Notes: generated from the sequence alone by a model not told the origin. DNA of 64,000 bases from an uncultured archaeon (GCA_963787445.1 CAWBCT010000005.1:1-64000); one strand, 5' to 3'. Positions 1 through 11,815 are shown, numbered from the stretch's first letter. Numbers and translations: made by a program.

Positions 1-29
1 ACCAGGCGGCCGACGTCGTCGTCGCTCAT
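1..29 (-). CDS. 5' end of a gene running off the window (MSDDDVGRL...); product unknown
   Basis: ATG at 29 overlaps the TGA (26-28) of the upstream rpmE frame (ATGA coupling). Only 9 codons are visible. Confidence 0.35.
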
Positions 30-374
30 GGTCTGGGTGAGCTCGGCGGCCGAGACCGGCGCGTAGCACAGCCGACCCTGCGGCCGCTGGACGGCGCGGT
101 CGGGGTCGTTGCTGGTGTGGGCCAGGAGAGTGACGCGAGCGTCGCGGCCATCGGCGCGCTAGCTCGCGTGGGCCTCGTTGACTTCTTCAGGCGGCGCTGG
201 AACGCTTGACGCGACCGCCGGAGTCGATCAGCTTCTGCTTGCCCGTGTAGAACGGGAGGCACTGGGCGCAGATCCCGACTTTGAGCTCGGCTTGGTCGAA
301 CGCGCCGTGAAGGCGTTGCCGCACGAGCAGTGCACGGTCGCCTGGACGCACTGCGGATGGATGTCCTTCTTCAT
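26..374 (-). CDS. rpmE: 50S ribosomal protein L31, Zn-binding type; frameshifted by probable sequencing indels
   Basis: [29 protein letters not shown], then in shifted frames [28 protein letters not shown] and [16 protein letters not shown] upstream. Lies directly downstream of rho. The 3' end is uncertain. Confidence 0.9.
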
Positions 375-532
375 GAACCGTCGTCCCTTCGATGACTGCG
401 ATGAAGTACGATATGCTAGCACGTCCGCCTTGGCGCGCGCCAACGCTCGGGCCTGCTCACCGCCTCACCTACAACTGTTCCCGCCGCGAAACCAGAGGAC
501 GCCGGTCGGGCGACGCCGCCGGCCGCCCGCCG

Positions 533-2217
<1,685 letters not shown>

Positions 2218-2448
2218 GACTCTCTCACGTTCGGGGTTCTCGGCCACGTCAGGCGCCCGCACTGGTGCGGGGCGCGCCACGATGAGATGCCCAACGCAGG
2301 CTCCTTTCTGTAGATGAGGCCGGTCGTGTTCGGGCGACCATCCGATGGAGCGACTTGGGTGGGATGGTAGCGATATCGGCACCGCCGAGCGCGGCTTGAG
2401 TGGCGTGCACCGGCTCGCTGATGCTCGCGGTGTCGGGGAAGGACTTCA

Positions 2449-3381
2449 TCATACTCCTGCTCTGGGTGCGACCGTCGGCCGGGGGCAGGCGGACACGGCG
2501 TCGAGCACCCCGCTCATGACCGACTTGACGGTCTTGTCGATGCTCTCGTTCTCGAGGGCCGGCACGCCCTGCTTGGCGGCCTGCGTGAGGATGTAGTCCT
2601 GGATCTTGCGGATCTTGGCAAAGCTCTGCAGGTAGCGCCGCAGCGGCCGGATGCCGTCGGTCTCCCACTCGCGCACGTAGAAGTGGCTGCGGTGGCGCTC
2701 TTCGTCGGTGATGGCCAGCACGACCTCGACCACCACGGCCTGGCTCCAGCGGCTGCGATCGAGGAACCCGGGCACGATGTGCACACCCTCGATGATGGTC
2801 CGCTGACCCTCGGTGATGGCCCGGTCGACGACGGCGTTGACACCCACCGCGATGCTCTTGGCCTGTTCGATGAAGCCGGCCTCGTCGGCGTCGCTCCAGT
2901 CGGGCAGGGGGATGCGCACGCCCGCGGCGGCCTCGAACGACGAATACTGGATCTCGGGCATGAGGTCGGGCGCGAAAAAGGCCCGCATGACCTGGCGCAC
3001 GGTGTCGGTCGACACCACCCGGGTGATGCCCAGCCGGTGGGCGATCTGGGTGGCCAGGGTGCTCTTGCCCACGCCGGTCGTGCCGCCCACCAGGATGACG
3101 AGCGGCTGCGCCAGGCGCGTGAGGTCCTGCCACTTGCGAAAGCGGGCGATGGTGTCTTTGCCGTCGGCCTCGCCGAGCGCCGCGGTGGCGATCTCCTCGA
3201 GACCCTGCAGCGTGATGGTGCCGTGGCGGCTGTCGTGCAGGCGCTCGCCGACCGCCGAGGCGATCTGATAGGCGCGCTCGGGCGGCAGGCCGGTGGCCAT
3301 GAGGGCCTGCGCCATGAGGCCCTTGGAGTAGGGCAGCGCGGGGTCGCGGGTGACGACCACCATCTCGACGTCGTCGCTCAC
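2449..3381 (-). CDS. pgk2: 2-phosphoglycerate kinase (ATP-cone plus P-loop)
   Basis: PYSKGLMAQAL ATP-cone start, ILVGGTTGVGKSTLATQIAHRLGITRVVSTDTVRQVMR, IIEGVHIVPG, IRKIQDYI. The GTG at 3381 overlaps the cpgS stop. Confidence 0.88.
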   Translation of the reverse strand: MSDDVEMVVVTRDPALPYSKGLMAQALMATGLPPERAYQIASAVGERLHDSRHGTITLQGLEEIATAALGEADGKDTIARFRKWQDLTRLAQPLVILVGGTTGVGKSTLATQIAHRLGITRVVSTDTVRQVMRAFFAPDLMPEIQYSSFEAAAGVRIPLPDWSDADEAGFIEQAKSIAVGVNAVVDRAITEGQRTIIEGVHIVPGFLDRSRWSQAVVVEVVLAITDEERHRSHFYVREWETDGIRPLRRYLQSFAKIRKIQDYILTQAAKQGVPALENESIDKTVKSVMSGVLDAVSACPRPTVAPRAGV

Positions 3382-4874
3382 CGTGACGCTCCTTCGGCGG
3401 CGAAGCGGGCCAGGGCCGTGTCGGTGAGACCGTCGACGACGGCCGCGAGATCGCGACCGTCGGTGGCGACGGGCTCGTTGTCGCAAAAGACGAGCTCCTT
3501 GGCGCGCGCGGCGGCGGCTTCGGCGACGACGTCGACCGCCGCCGCCTTGATCTCGGTCAGGAAGACGTCGGCCGTGTCGGCCGCGGCGGCGACGGCGGCG
3601 ACGAGCGCCGGCCGGCGCGCCAGGTCGGTCGAGACCGCGGTCACCCGGGCGCCGTGCACCTCTTCGAGATGGCGCACCAGCAGGCCGGCGCTCTCGGGCG
3701 CCGCCGTCGTGAAGTAGGCGACGCGGCGACCGGCGACGGAGTCGACGGGTCGCGGTCTGAAGACTGTCGGGATGAGGTCGATGTCTGGTCTCACGGAGGC
3801 GACGGCGGCGCGCAACGAATCGACGCGCGCGGCCGCGCAGAAGGGTGGTTCACACATGGTGAGGAAGAGTGCGTCGGAAATGAGCATTCGATAGGTACCC
3901 AGATACCCCGTTATGTACTCCGGAGGCTGTGTGGCCGAAGCCACGCAGACGACCGCTTGCGCCCGCACCGGCGGGATCGCCGAACCACTGCCCTCCCAGA
4001 CCACCACGGCCGCCGGCATGTTCTCGACGAGGCCCAGGGCCGCGCCGACAGTGTCGGTCATCGAGGCCCCGGCCATGCCACCGCCGCAGCGCCGGCAACC
4101 GACGGTGGTCACCCCGGTGAGCACGGCGTCTTCGAGATAGTCGGAGGCGGCGTGCAACCCCTGCCTCGAGACCGCCAGCAAGCCTTGGACGCCGAGCCGG
4201 TCGCCGCCGTAGACCACCTGCGGGGCCGCCGGACCGCCGCGCCCCATCGCCACGATCACCACTGCTTCGAGCCCGAACCGGCCGCCGAGGCGGCGTCCGA
4301 TGAGGCCGCTCACGGCCGTCTTGCCGACCCGTTTGCCAGTTCCTATGATCGCAAGAGAGGGCTTGCTGGAGAGTCGTGCAAGAGACTGAGGCGAGAACTC
4401 GAAATCGGCTCCGACGTAGCGCGCACCCCACGACAACGCCACGCTGATGAGCTGGAACCGCTCCAGATACCCTAGCACCGGCTCGTCGGACACGTCAACG
4501 ACCACGCGCGCGCCGGTGCTGCCGATAAGGTCTCCCAGGGCGGCGCGCAGCACCCCCGCGGCGGCGGCCGGCGGGGCGGCGGGCACCGACGTGACCGGCA
4601 GGCCGTAGAGCTCGTCGAGCTCTGCGGCCTGCCGCTCACGCAGCTTCTCCCCGCCGCCCACAAACAGCGCCGCGACCAGCTCGAAACGACCCGACAGCTC
4701 TCGCAGGGTGTCGACCACGACCGGCGGGTAGTGCTCGCCGTCGATCAGGGCGATCGCGGCGGGTCGCTCCGGTCGCGCCGGTCGCGCAGGTCGCGCGGTT
4801 CGCTCCGGCCGCGCGGCGTCGGTGGCGCGCGCCAGGGACGCCGCCGACGGGCGCGCCGCCTTGCCTGGGTCCAC
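3378..4874 (-). CDS. cpgS: Cyclic 2,3-diphosphoglycerate synthetase
   Basis: IALIDGEHYPPVV, VDVSDEPVL, IIGTGKRVGKTAVS, VAMGRGGP, HAASDYLEDA, VGCRRCGGGMAG, EGSGSAIPP, LTEIKAAAVDVV. Start placed at GTG 4874 after a G-rich SD; the 704-aa track ORF is over-extended upstream. Confidence 0.9.
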   Translation of the reverse strand: MDPGKAARPSAASLARATDAARPERTARPARPARPERPAAIALIDGEHYPPVVVDTLRELSGRFELVAALFVGGGEKLRERQAAELDELYGLPVTSVPAAPPAAAAGVLRAALGDLIGSTGARVVVDVSDEPVLGYLERFQLISVALSWGARYVGADFEFSPQSLARLSSKPSLAIIGTGKRVGKTAVSGLIGRRLGGRFGLEAVVIVAMGRGGPAAPQVVYGGDRLGVQGLLAVSRQGLHAASDYLEDAVLTGVTTVGCRRCGGGMAGASMTDTVGAALGLVENMPAAVVVWEGSGSAIPPVRAQAVVCVASATQPPEYITGYLGTYRMLISDALFLTMCEPPFCAAARVDSLRAAVASVRPDIDLIPTVFRPRPVDSVAGRRVAYFTTAAPESAGLLVRHLEEVHGARVTAVSTDLARRPALVAAVAAAADTADVFLTEIKAAAVDVVAEAAAARAKELVFCDNEPVATDGRDLAAVVDGLTDTALARFAAEGASR

Positions 4875-4897
4875 GCCGCTCCCCCCTCGTTGCTTGC

Positions 4898-5686
4898 TCA
4901 GGTGTCGAGCCGCCGCTCGTCGGGCCTTCCGGCGAACTTCTGGTAGTGAAGCGTCGAGGGCGAGAACTCGATGATCGTCTCGGAGCCGTGGAACGGGTAC
5001 TTGCGCTCGATGCGCACCTGGTCGTCGTCGATCGTCACGATGTTGTAGCAGGGCCGCGTGTCGCCGCGCAGGCGCAGCGTGCACACGGTGCCGGCGTTGA
5101 CCACGAACATGTTCTCGAAATGCCAGGCGTGGGGCACGTGCTTGTGGCCCGACAGGACGAGGTTGACGTTGCAGCGCTGCAGCACCTCGAGGGTGTCGCC
5201 GGCGTCGTAGACCATGTTGCGCTCGCGCCCGGTGCCGGGGATGGGCAGCAGGTGGTGGTGCAGCATGAAGATGCGAAAACGGGCCGGCGCGGCGAACTGC
5301 TCCTCGAGCCAGCCGTAGCGCGAGCGGCCGATCGTGCCGTAGTCGAGGTCGGGCTCGGTCGAGTCGACCCCCACGATCGAGATCTCGCCGGTGTGCAGCA
5401 CCACGCTGCGGGGCCCGAACAGGTGCTCGAAATGCACGTAGCCGACGTTGCGCGAGTCGTGGTTGCCCGGGATGACCAGCACGTGGCGGCACTCGAGGCG
5501 GTCGAGGTACTCCTTGGCCACCTGGTACTCCTGCTTGAAGCCCTCGTTGGTGAGGTCGCCGGTGACCGCCACCACGTCGGGCCGCAACTCGTTGACCTCG
5601 ACCACGGCGCGGTCCATGAGGTTGGGCACGAAGTACGGCGAACCGGCGTGAAAGTCGGACAGGTGGGCCAGGGTGAAGGGGGCCAT
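4898..5686 (-). CDS. Calcineurin-like metallophosphoesterase (CpdA/Icc-like)
   Basis: All five metal motifs are present: HLSDFH, VTGDLT, PGNHD, LHHHL, LSGHKH. Confidence 0.92.
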   Translation of the reverse strand: MAPFTLAHLSDFHAGSPYFVPNLMDRAVVEVNELRPDVVAVTGDLTNEGFKQEYQVAKEYLDRLECRHVLVIPGNHDSRNVGYVHFEHLFGPRSVVLHTGEISIVGVDSTEPDLDYGTIGRSRYGWLEEQFAAPARFRIFMLHHHLLPIPGTGRERNMVYDAGDTLEVLQRCNVNLVLSGHKHVPHAWHFENMFVVNAGTVCTLRLRGDTRPCYNIVTIDDDQVRIERKYPFHGSETIIEFSPSTLHYQKFAGRPDERRLDT

Positions 5687-5690
5687 CGCC

Positions 5691-7964
5691 CTACTCCACC
5701 ACCACGACGCGCACGCCGCCCTGCTTGTCGCGCACCGAGAAGGTCGTCTGGTTGCCGTCGCGGCGGAAGCGCAGGCTGAGCTTCGAGCGGCCCACGCTCA
5801 GGTTGCTCAGGCTCACCTCGCCGAGCCACTTGGGCAGCAGCGGGTTGTGGACGTAGAGCACGTTCTCGGCGGCGCTCGCATACAGGCCCAGCATGGCCTG
5901 CAGCATGAGGAACACCGAGCCCGCCGCCGGCGCGTCGGGCGAGCAGGCCATGGGGTAGGCGACCGGCCGGTTGACCGCCTGGCGGGTGAAGCCGCAGATG
6001 AACTCGGGCAGGCGCGAGTACTGCTGGGCGATGGCGGCGTCGAACATGGCCGCGGCCACGCGGTTGGCTTCTTGGGCGAAGCCGTGCTTCTTGAGGCCGT
6101 TGACGGCCAGCGCGTTGTCGAACGGCCAGACGCTGCCGTTGTAGTAGCTCATCGGACTGTAGCTGGCCGCCGACTTGGCCATCGTGCGCACGCCCCAGCC
6201 CGAGAACATGTCGGGGCTCATGAGCTTCTCGACCACCGCCGGCACGTGCTCGTCGGCGACGATCCGCGACCACAGGCAGTGGCCGGCCGTCGAGCAGATG
6301 GTCTTCACCTGGCGCTTCTCGCCGTCGAGGGCCATCGCCACGTAGCCTTCGTCGTCCATCCAGAAGCGCTCGTTGAAGCGCAGCTTGAGCGCCTGGCTTT
6401 CGGCCTGCAGCCGTTCCGACAGCTCGACGTCGCCGAGCTGTCCGAACAGGCTCGCCAGGCGGCGCTTGGCGTAGTAGACGTAGGCCTGTGTCTCGGCCAG
6501 GGCGATCGGTCCCTGAGCCGCCGTGCCGTCGCGGTGCACGATCGCCTCGCGAGCGTCGCGCCAGCCCTGGTTTTCGAGGCCGGCGCGCGAGCGGCGACGG
6601 TACTCGACGAAGCCGTCGCCGTCCAGGTCGCCGCTCTGGTCGATCCAGCGCAGGGCCGCCTCGATGGGGTCGCGCAGCAGCTCGAAGAACTCGAGGTCGC
6701 CGGTCCACATGACCACCTCGCACACTAACAGGAGGTAGAGCGCGGTGGTGTCGACCGACCCGTAGTAGGGGGTATGCGGTATGGCCTTGAGTGCCGCCAG
6801 CTCGCCCTGGCGCAGCTCGTGCAGGATCTTGCCCGGCTCCTCTTCGCGGAAGGCGTTGTCGGTGCGGCCCTGAAGACGCGTGAGCAGCCGCACGCAGTCG
6901 ACCGCCGGACGCGAGTCGAGCATGAGGGTCTCGAGGCTGGCGATGACGGCGTCGCGGCCGAAGGGCGCCACGAACCAGGGCACGGCGGCCGCGACGGTGC
7001 GCCCGTAGGGCGTGTCGATCGTGAGCATGCGCAGGTCGGCCTGGCCGCGACGCAGCACGGTGGTGACCTGCTCGGAGTCGGTGAAGATGTCGGCCGCCCC
7101 GGCGAAGCCGCGCTCGTAGTCGCGGCGCAGGTCGGCGAGGCGGGCGGTGAAGTCGCCCTCGCGCAGCGGCGGGGCGCCGGGCAGCGCCACCTCGATCGAG
7201 AAGCGCACGGCCTTGCGCTCGCGCGGCGCGAGGCTCACGCGAAAGCTCGCGGTGCCGCCGTGGAGGCGCTCCGGTGTCTGCTGGAAGCGCACGATCGTCT
7301 TGCGCAGCACCTCGTCGAGGCCGTAGTAGGCCAGCGTCAGCGTGTCGCCGTCGGTCTTGGGCGCGAGGCGCGTGCCGCGCTTGCGGCGGCGCATGCCGCG
7401 CACCTCGAACATGTCGCGAAAGTCGGCGTCGAAGGTGAGCTCGACGACCACCTCGACCGGCGCCGAGTGGTAGTTCTTGATGCGCAGCAGCTCGTAGACG
7501 CGGTCGGAGACCAGGCGCGTGCGGCGCACGTGCACCGAGGTCTGCGGGATGGTCTCACCGGCGGCGCCCTTGATCTCGAGGTTCGTGAACTCGGCCGACG
7601 ACAGGTAGTCGCGCTCGGCGGTCGCCGAGAGCAGGACCGGGTCGCGCCCGCCGATCGTCATCTCGAGCCGCGAGAGAAAGCGCGTGTCACGGAAGTAGAG
7701 GCCCAGCGGCGAGTTCTGGGCGGCCGGGATGAGGCCCTCGTCGTCGGTGTACAGGAAGAGCTCGTCCTCTTTGATGACGAGCCGCCGGCGGCGGGTCTCG
7801 CTCATGACGAAGCGCTCGGCGCCGGCGGTGACCGGGCTCTCCGGCTCGAGCGCCTCGAAGCGCTCGTCGCCGATGACGATCTCGGTCTCGGCGCCCACGG
7901 ACCGGGCGCCGCGACGCGCCCCGCTGTTCGGGGAGCGGCTCTTTGGGGGCTTGCTAGCTGCCAC
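5691..7964 (-). CDS. Amylo-alpha-1,6-glucosidase-like / GH63-like (alpha/alpha)6 glycoside hydrolase with glycogen-debranching N-terminal domain
   Basis: GLYFRDTRFLSRL, DADFRDMFEVRG, PWF..FGRD, EEPGKILHELR, YYGSVD, DLDGDGFVEY, NQGW.D, YNGSVWP.DN, LPE..CGF. Confidence 0.88.
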   Translation of the reverse strand: MAASKPPKSRSPNSGARRGARSVGAETEIVIGDERFEALEPESPVTAGAERFVMSETRRRRLVIKEDELFLYTDDEGLIPAAQNSPLGLYFRDTRFLSRLEMTIGGRDPVLLSATAERDYLSSAEFTNLEIKGAAGETIPQTSVHVRRTRLVSDRVYELLRIKNYHSAPVEVVVELTFDADFRDMFEVRGMRRRKRGTRLAPKTDGDTLTLAYYGLDEVLRKTIVRFQQTPERLHGGTASFRVSLAPRERKAVRFSIEVALPGAPPLREGDFTARLADLRRDYERGFAGAADIFTDSEQVTTVLRRGQADLRMLTIDTPYGRTVAAAVPWFVAPFGRDAVIASLETLMLDSRPAVDCVRLLTRLQGRTDNAFREEEPGKILHELRQGELAALKAIPHTPYYGSVDTTALYLLLVCEVVMWTGDLEFFELLRDPIEAALRWIDQSGDLDGDGFVEYRRRSRAGLENQGWRDAREAIVHRDGTAAQGPIALAETQAYVYYAKRRLASLFGQLGDVELSERLQAESQALKLRFNERFWMDDEGYVAMALDGEKRQVKTICSTAGHCLWSRIVADEHVPAVVEKLMSPDMFSGWGVRTMAKSAASYSPMSYYNGSVWPFDNALAVNGLKKHGFAQEANRVAAAMFDAAIAQQYSRLPEFICGFTRQAVNRPVAYPMACSPDAPAAGSVFLMLQAMLGLYASAAENVLYVHNPLLPKWLGEVSLSNLSVGRSKLSLRFRRDGNQTTFSVRDKQGGVRVVVVE

Positions 7965-8071
7965 GGACGAAGAACATTCCTTTCACGGCGACGGGGCCGG
8001 CCGGCGGCGAGGGTTCACGTGCCCGGCCCCGCCGACCCTCGTCAATCGGGGATACCCAGCAGGCGCGCAGG

Positions 8072-9172
8072 TCACGCCCTTGCGACGCGCGATCCGAGCT
8101 CGCGCTCGATCTCGGCCAGCGGCTCGGCGGTGAACACCGGCGCCGCCGCCGTGCGCACCGCCGTGTCGGGGTTTTTGAGGCCGTGGCCGGTGAGCACGCA
8201 GACGACCTGGGCGCCGGCCGGCAGGCGGCCCTGCTCGCGGGCCTTCTTGAGGCCCGCGATCGAGGCCGCGCTCGCCGGTTCGCAGAACACGCCCTCGGTG
8301 AGCGCCACCAGCTTGTAGGCGGCGACGATCTCGTCGTCGGTCACCGAGTCGATGAAGCCGCCCGAGTCGCGGGCGGCGGCCAGAGCCTCGTCGCCGCGCG
8401 CCGGATGGCCGATGCGGATGGCGGTGGCGATCGTCTCGGGCGCGTCGACGCCGTGGCCCAGCACGAGCGGCGCCGCCCCGGCCGCCTGGAAGCCGCACAT
8501 CACCGGCAGGCGGTCGGTGACCCCGGCCTCGCGGTACTCGCGGTAGCCCTTCCAGTAGCTGGTGATGTTGCCGGCGTTGCCGACCGGGATGCAGTGGTAG
8601 GCGGGCGGGCCGCCCAGCGCGTCGCAGATCTCGAAGGCGCCGGTCTTCTGGCCCTCGATGCGGTACGGGTTCACCGAGTTGACGAGCGCGATCGGCAGGG
8701 TGGCCGCGGCCTCGCGCACGATGTCGAGAGCGACGTCGAAGTTGCCGGCGATCGAGATGACGTGGGCGCCGTAGGCGACCGCCTGGGCGAGCTTGCCCAT
8801 GGCGATCTTGCCCTCGGGGATGACGACGATCGCCCTGACGCCCGCCTTGGCCGCGTAGGCCGCCGCCGAGGCGCTGGTGTTGCCCGTCGAGGCGCAGATC
8901 ACGGCCCGGTAGCCCTCTTCGACCACCTTGGTCAGGGCCATCGTCATGCCCCGGTCCTTGAACGAGCAGGTGGGGTTCGTGCCCTCCAGCTTGAGGTAGA
9001 GCTCGACGCCCAGGGCGGCACCCAGGCTGGGCGCCGCCACCAGCGGCGTGTCGCCCTCGCCGAGGGTGACGACCGGCGAGTCGTCGGTCACCGGCAGGTA
9101 CCGCCGGTAGTGGGCGATCACGCCGCGGCCACGCAGGCCGCCGGCGGCGCCGGCCGACGCGCTAGCGGCCAT
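8072..9172 (-). CDS. thrC: Threonine synthase
   Basis: [25 protein letters not shown] (PLP lysine), [35 protein letters not shown]. Confidence 0.97.
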   Translation of the reverse strand: MAASASAGAAGGLRGRGVIAHYRRYLPVTDDSPVVTLGEGDTPLVAAPSLGAALGVELYLKLEGTNPTCSFKDRGMTMALTKVVEEGYRAVICASTGNTSASAAAYAAKAGVRAIVVIPEGKIAMGKLAQAVAYGAHVISIAGNFDVALDIVREAAATLPIALVNSVNPYRIEGQKTGAFEICDALGGPPAYHCIPVGNAGNITSYWKGYREYREAGVTDRLPVMCGFQAAGAAPLVLGHGVDAPETIATAIRIGHPARGDEALAAARDSGGFIDSVTDDEIVAAYKLVALTEGVFCEPASAASIAGLKKAREQGRLPAGAQVVCVLTGHGLKNPDTAVRTAAAPVFTAEPLAEIERELGSRVARA

Positions 9173-10445
9173 CGTCGCCCTCGATCCTGATGACGCTCGG
9201 GCGGCTGCGCACCACGGGCAGCGCCGCGATGCGCGCCAGGGCGCCGAAGAACGCGGCCTCGCGCACGGGGTGCAGGACGAGCACGAGCTGGGCCGAGTCC
9301 TCCTCGCCGATCTGCTGCATGGAGTGGATGCTCACGCCCTCCTGCCCGAACACCCCGGCGATGGCGGCCAGCGCGCCGGGCTCGTCGGCCACCTGGACGC
9401 GCAGGTAGAAGCGCGAGACCACCTCGGCGCCGGGGTAGAAGCCCAGCGACTTGTAGCAGGTGCAGTTGCCGATGTAGCCGCCGGCCGCGGTGTTGACGAT
9501 CGAGATGACGTCGCCGATCACCGCCGAGGCGGTCGGCGTGCCGCCGGCCCCGGGGCCGAACAGCATGATCCTGTCGAAGCTGTCGGACTCGAGGAACACC
9601 GCGTTGTAGGCGCCCGAGACGCCGGCCAGCGGGTGCCCGGCGGGGATGAAGCACGGATAAACGCGCACGTTGACGCGGCCGTCGATCAGCTTGGCCACGC
9701 CGAGCAGCTTGGGCACGAGGCCGAGCTGCCTGCCGTGGGCGACGTCGATGTCGGTGACGGCGGCGATGCCTTCGTGCTCGACGTCGGCCAGCGTGACCCG
9801 GCTGTGGAAGGCGATCGACGAGAGGATCGCCATCTTGGCGGCCGCGTCCTTGCCCGACACGTCCTCGGTCGGGTCGGCCTCGGCGAAGCCCAGCTCCTGG
9901 GCTTTGGCGAGCGTCGGGCCGTACTGCGCGCCGGTCTGGGTCATGGCCGACAGAATGTAGTTGGTCGTGCCGTTGACGATGCCCATGATGCCGGTGATCT
10001 GGGACGCCGCCAGCGACTCCCGCAGCACCTTGACCACCGGCACGGCCCCCACCGAGCTCGCCTCGAAGCGCAGGAACGTGCCGTTGTCTTCGGCGGTCTG
10101 CAGAAGCTCGGCGCCGTGCTGCGAGAGGAGCTGCTTGTTGGCGGTGACCACCGCCTTGCCGGCCTTGAGCGCGGCGAGCTGGAAGGTGCGCGCCGGCTCG
10201 ATGCCGCCGATCAGCTCGATCACCACGCCGATCGCGGGATCGTGCAGAAGGTCGCCGAAGTCGGTCGTCGTGCGCACCCCGGCCGGCACCAGGGCGCGAC
10301 GTTCGGCCGAGAGCTCGCAGACCGTATGCACCGACACGTCCTTGCCGGTCGCCAGGCGGATCTCGTCGGCGCTCTCGTGCAGCAGGCGCCCGACGCCGGA
10401 ACCCACGGTCCCGTAGCCCACAAGTCCGATACCCACCTTTTCCAC
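9162..10445 (-). CDS. hom: Homoserine dehydrogenase with C-terminal ACT domain
   Basis: [56 protein letters not shown]. Confidence 0.97.
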   Translation of the reverse strand: MEKVGIGLVGYGTVGSGVGRLLHESADEIRLATGKDVSVHTVCELSAERRALVPAGVRTTTDFGDLLHDPAIGVVIELIGGIEPARTFQLAALKAGKAVVTANKQLLSQHGAELLQTAEDNGTFLRFEASSVGAVPVVKVLRESLAASQITGIMGIVNGTTNYILSAMTQTGAQYGPTLAKAQELGFAEADPTEDVSGKDAAAKMAILSSIAFHSRVTLADVEHEGIAAVTDIDVAHGRQLGLVPKLLGVAKLIDGRVNVRVYPCFIPAGHPLAGVSGAYNAVFLESDSFDRIMLFGPGAGGTPTASAVIGDVISIVNTAAGGYIGNCTCYKSLGFYPGAEVVSRFYLRVQVADEPGALAAIAGVFGQEGVSIHSMQQIGEEDSAQLVLVLHPVREAAFFGALARIAALPVVRSRPSVIRIEGDDGR

Positions 10446-10465
10446 AGCGTTTCCCTTCTGAGCCG

Positions 10466-11803
10466 TCAGTCGAGAGCGACCGCGGCCTCGGTCAGCGGCC
10501 GCTGCAGTCGCAGCACATCATCCCACGTCTCGCGGGCGATGATCACGCGCGCCCTGCCGCCGGCCACCATGACCACCGCCGGCCGCGGCTGGCCGTTGTA
10601 GTTGTTGGCCATGGCGTAGCCGTAGGCGCCGGTGTCGGGCGTGACCAGCACGTCGCCCAGCTCGGGCGGCGCGATCATGACGTCGTGTACCAGCACGTCG
10701 CCCGACTCGCAGTGCTTGCCGACGATCGTCGCCTCGAAGCCGGCCGGCACTTCGGCGCGGTTGCCGATCATGGCCTCGTAGCGCGAGCCGTAGAGCATGG
10801 GCCGGATGTTGTCGGACATGCCGCCGTCGACGGCGACGTAGACCCGCCCGCCGGGCACGGGCTTGATCGTCCCGACCCGGTAGAGCGTGACCGCCGCCGT
10901 GCCCACGATCGAGCGGCCGGGCTCGACTAAGATGGTGGGCGCCGTCACGCCGTGCCGGGCGGCTTCGCCCGCGACCGCGTCGATGACCACCGTGGCGAAC
11001 TCGGTGATCGACGAGGGCTGGTCGCCGGCCGTGTAGCGGATGCCCAGTCCGCCGCCCACGTTGAAGAGGCGGCAGTGAAACGAAAGCGCGGCGCGCCACT
11101 CGGCGAGCAGGTCCATGAGGACCTCGATCTCTCGTCGGTACGAGGACAGGTCGAAGATCTGCGAGCCGATGTGGGCGTGCACGCCGACCGGCTCGAGATG
11201 CCGGGCGGCCAGGCAGATCGAGAGCGCCTCGGTCGCCTGTCCCTCGGTCAGACCGAAGCCGAACTTGGAGTCGGGCTGGCCGGTCTGCACGGCCGCGTAG
11301 GTCGCGGGGGTGACGCCCGGGGTGATGCGCACCAGGACCTTCTGCACGGTCCCCCGACGGCCGGCGGCAGCGTCGAGCGCCGCGATCTCCGAGAACGAGT
11401 CGACGACCACGTAACCGATGCCGTAGTCGAGCGCCAGGTCGAGCTCGGCGGCGGTCTTGTTGTTGCCGTGGAAGAAGATGTCGGCGGGCGCAAAAGCGGC
11501 CGCGCGAGCGGCCGCCAGCTCGCCGCCCGAAGCCACGTCGAGGGCCAGGCCCTCCTGGGCCACGAGCTCGATCATCGCCCGGCACGAGAACGCCTTGCTG
11601 GCGTAGACGACGCGGGAGTCGCGGGCCAGACCGCCGAAGGCCGCGACGTAGGCGCGGCACTGGTCGCGCAGCGTCTGCTCGTCGTAGACGAACAGCGGTG
11701 TGCCGTAAGCGTCGGCCAGGGCGACCACGTCGCAGCCGCCGATCTCGAGATGACCGGCGGCGTCGTGGCGGGAGGTGTGGGGGTAGATGAGGGTGTGGGT
11801 CAC
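10466..11803 (-). CDS. lysA: Diaminopimelate decarboxylase
   Basis: YGTPLFVYDE, YASKAF, HGNNKT, HIGSQI, EPGRSIVG, GKHCESGD, TGAYGYAMANNYN. Confidence 0.97.
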   Translation of the reverse strand: MTHTLIYPHTSRHDAAGHLEIGGCDVVALADAYGTPLFVYDEQTLRDQCRAYVAAFGGLARDSRVVYASKAFSCRAMIELVAQEGLALDVASGGELAAARAAAFAPADIFFHGNNKTAAELDLALDYGIGYVVVDSFSEIAALDAAAGRRGTVQKVLVRITPGVTPATYAAVQTGQPDSKFGFGLTEGQATEALSICLAARHLEPVGVHAHIGSQIFDLSSYRREIEVLMDLLAEWRAALSFHCRLFNVGGGLGIRYTAGDQPSSITEFATVVIDAVAGEAARHGVTAPTILVEPGRSIVGTAAVTLYRVGTIKPVPGGRVYVAVDGGMSDNIRPMLYGSRYEAMIGNRAEVPAGFEATIVGKHCESGDVLVHDVMIAPPELGDVLVTPDTGAYGYAMANNYNGQPRPAVVMVAGGRARVIIARETWDDVLRLQRPLTEAAVALD

Positions 11804-11809
11804 GCCGCT

Positions 11810-11815
11810 ATCCTA
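11810..11815 (-). promoter_or_regulatory. Putative -10 element (TAGGAT) for leaderless lysA-hom-thrC transcription
   Basis: TAGGAT lies 6 nt upstream of the GTG start and there is no SD sequence. This is the typical actinobacterial leaderless layout. Confidence 0.55.
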
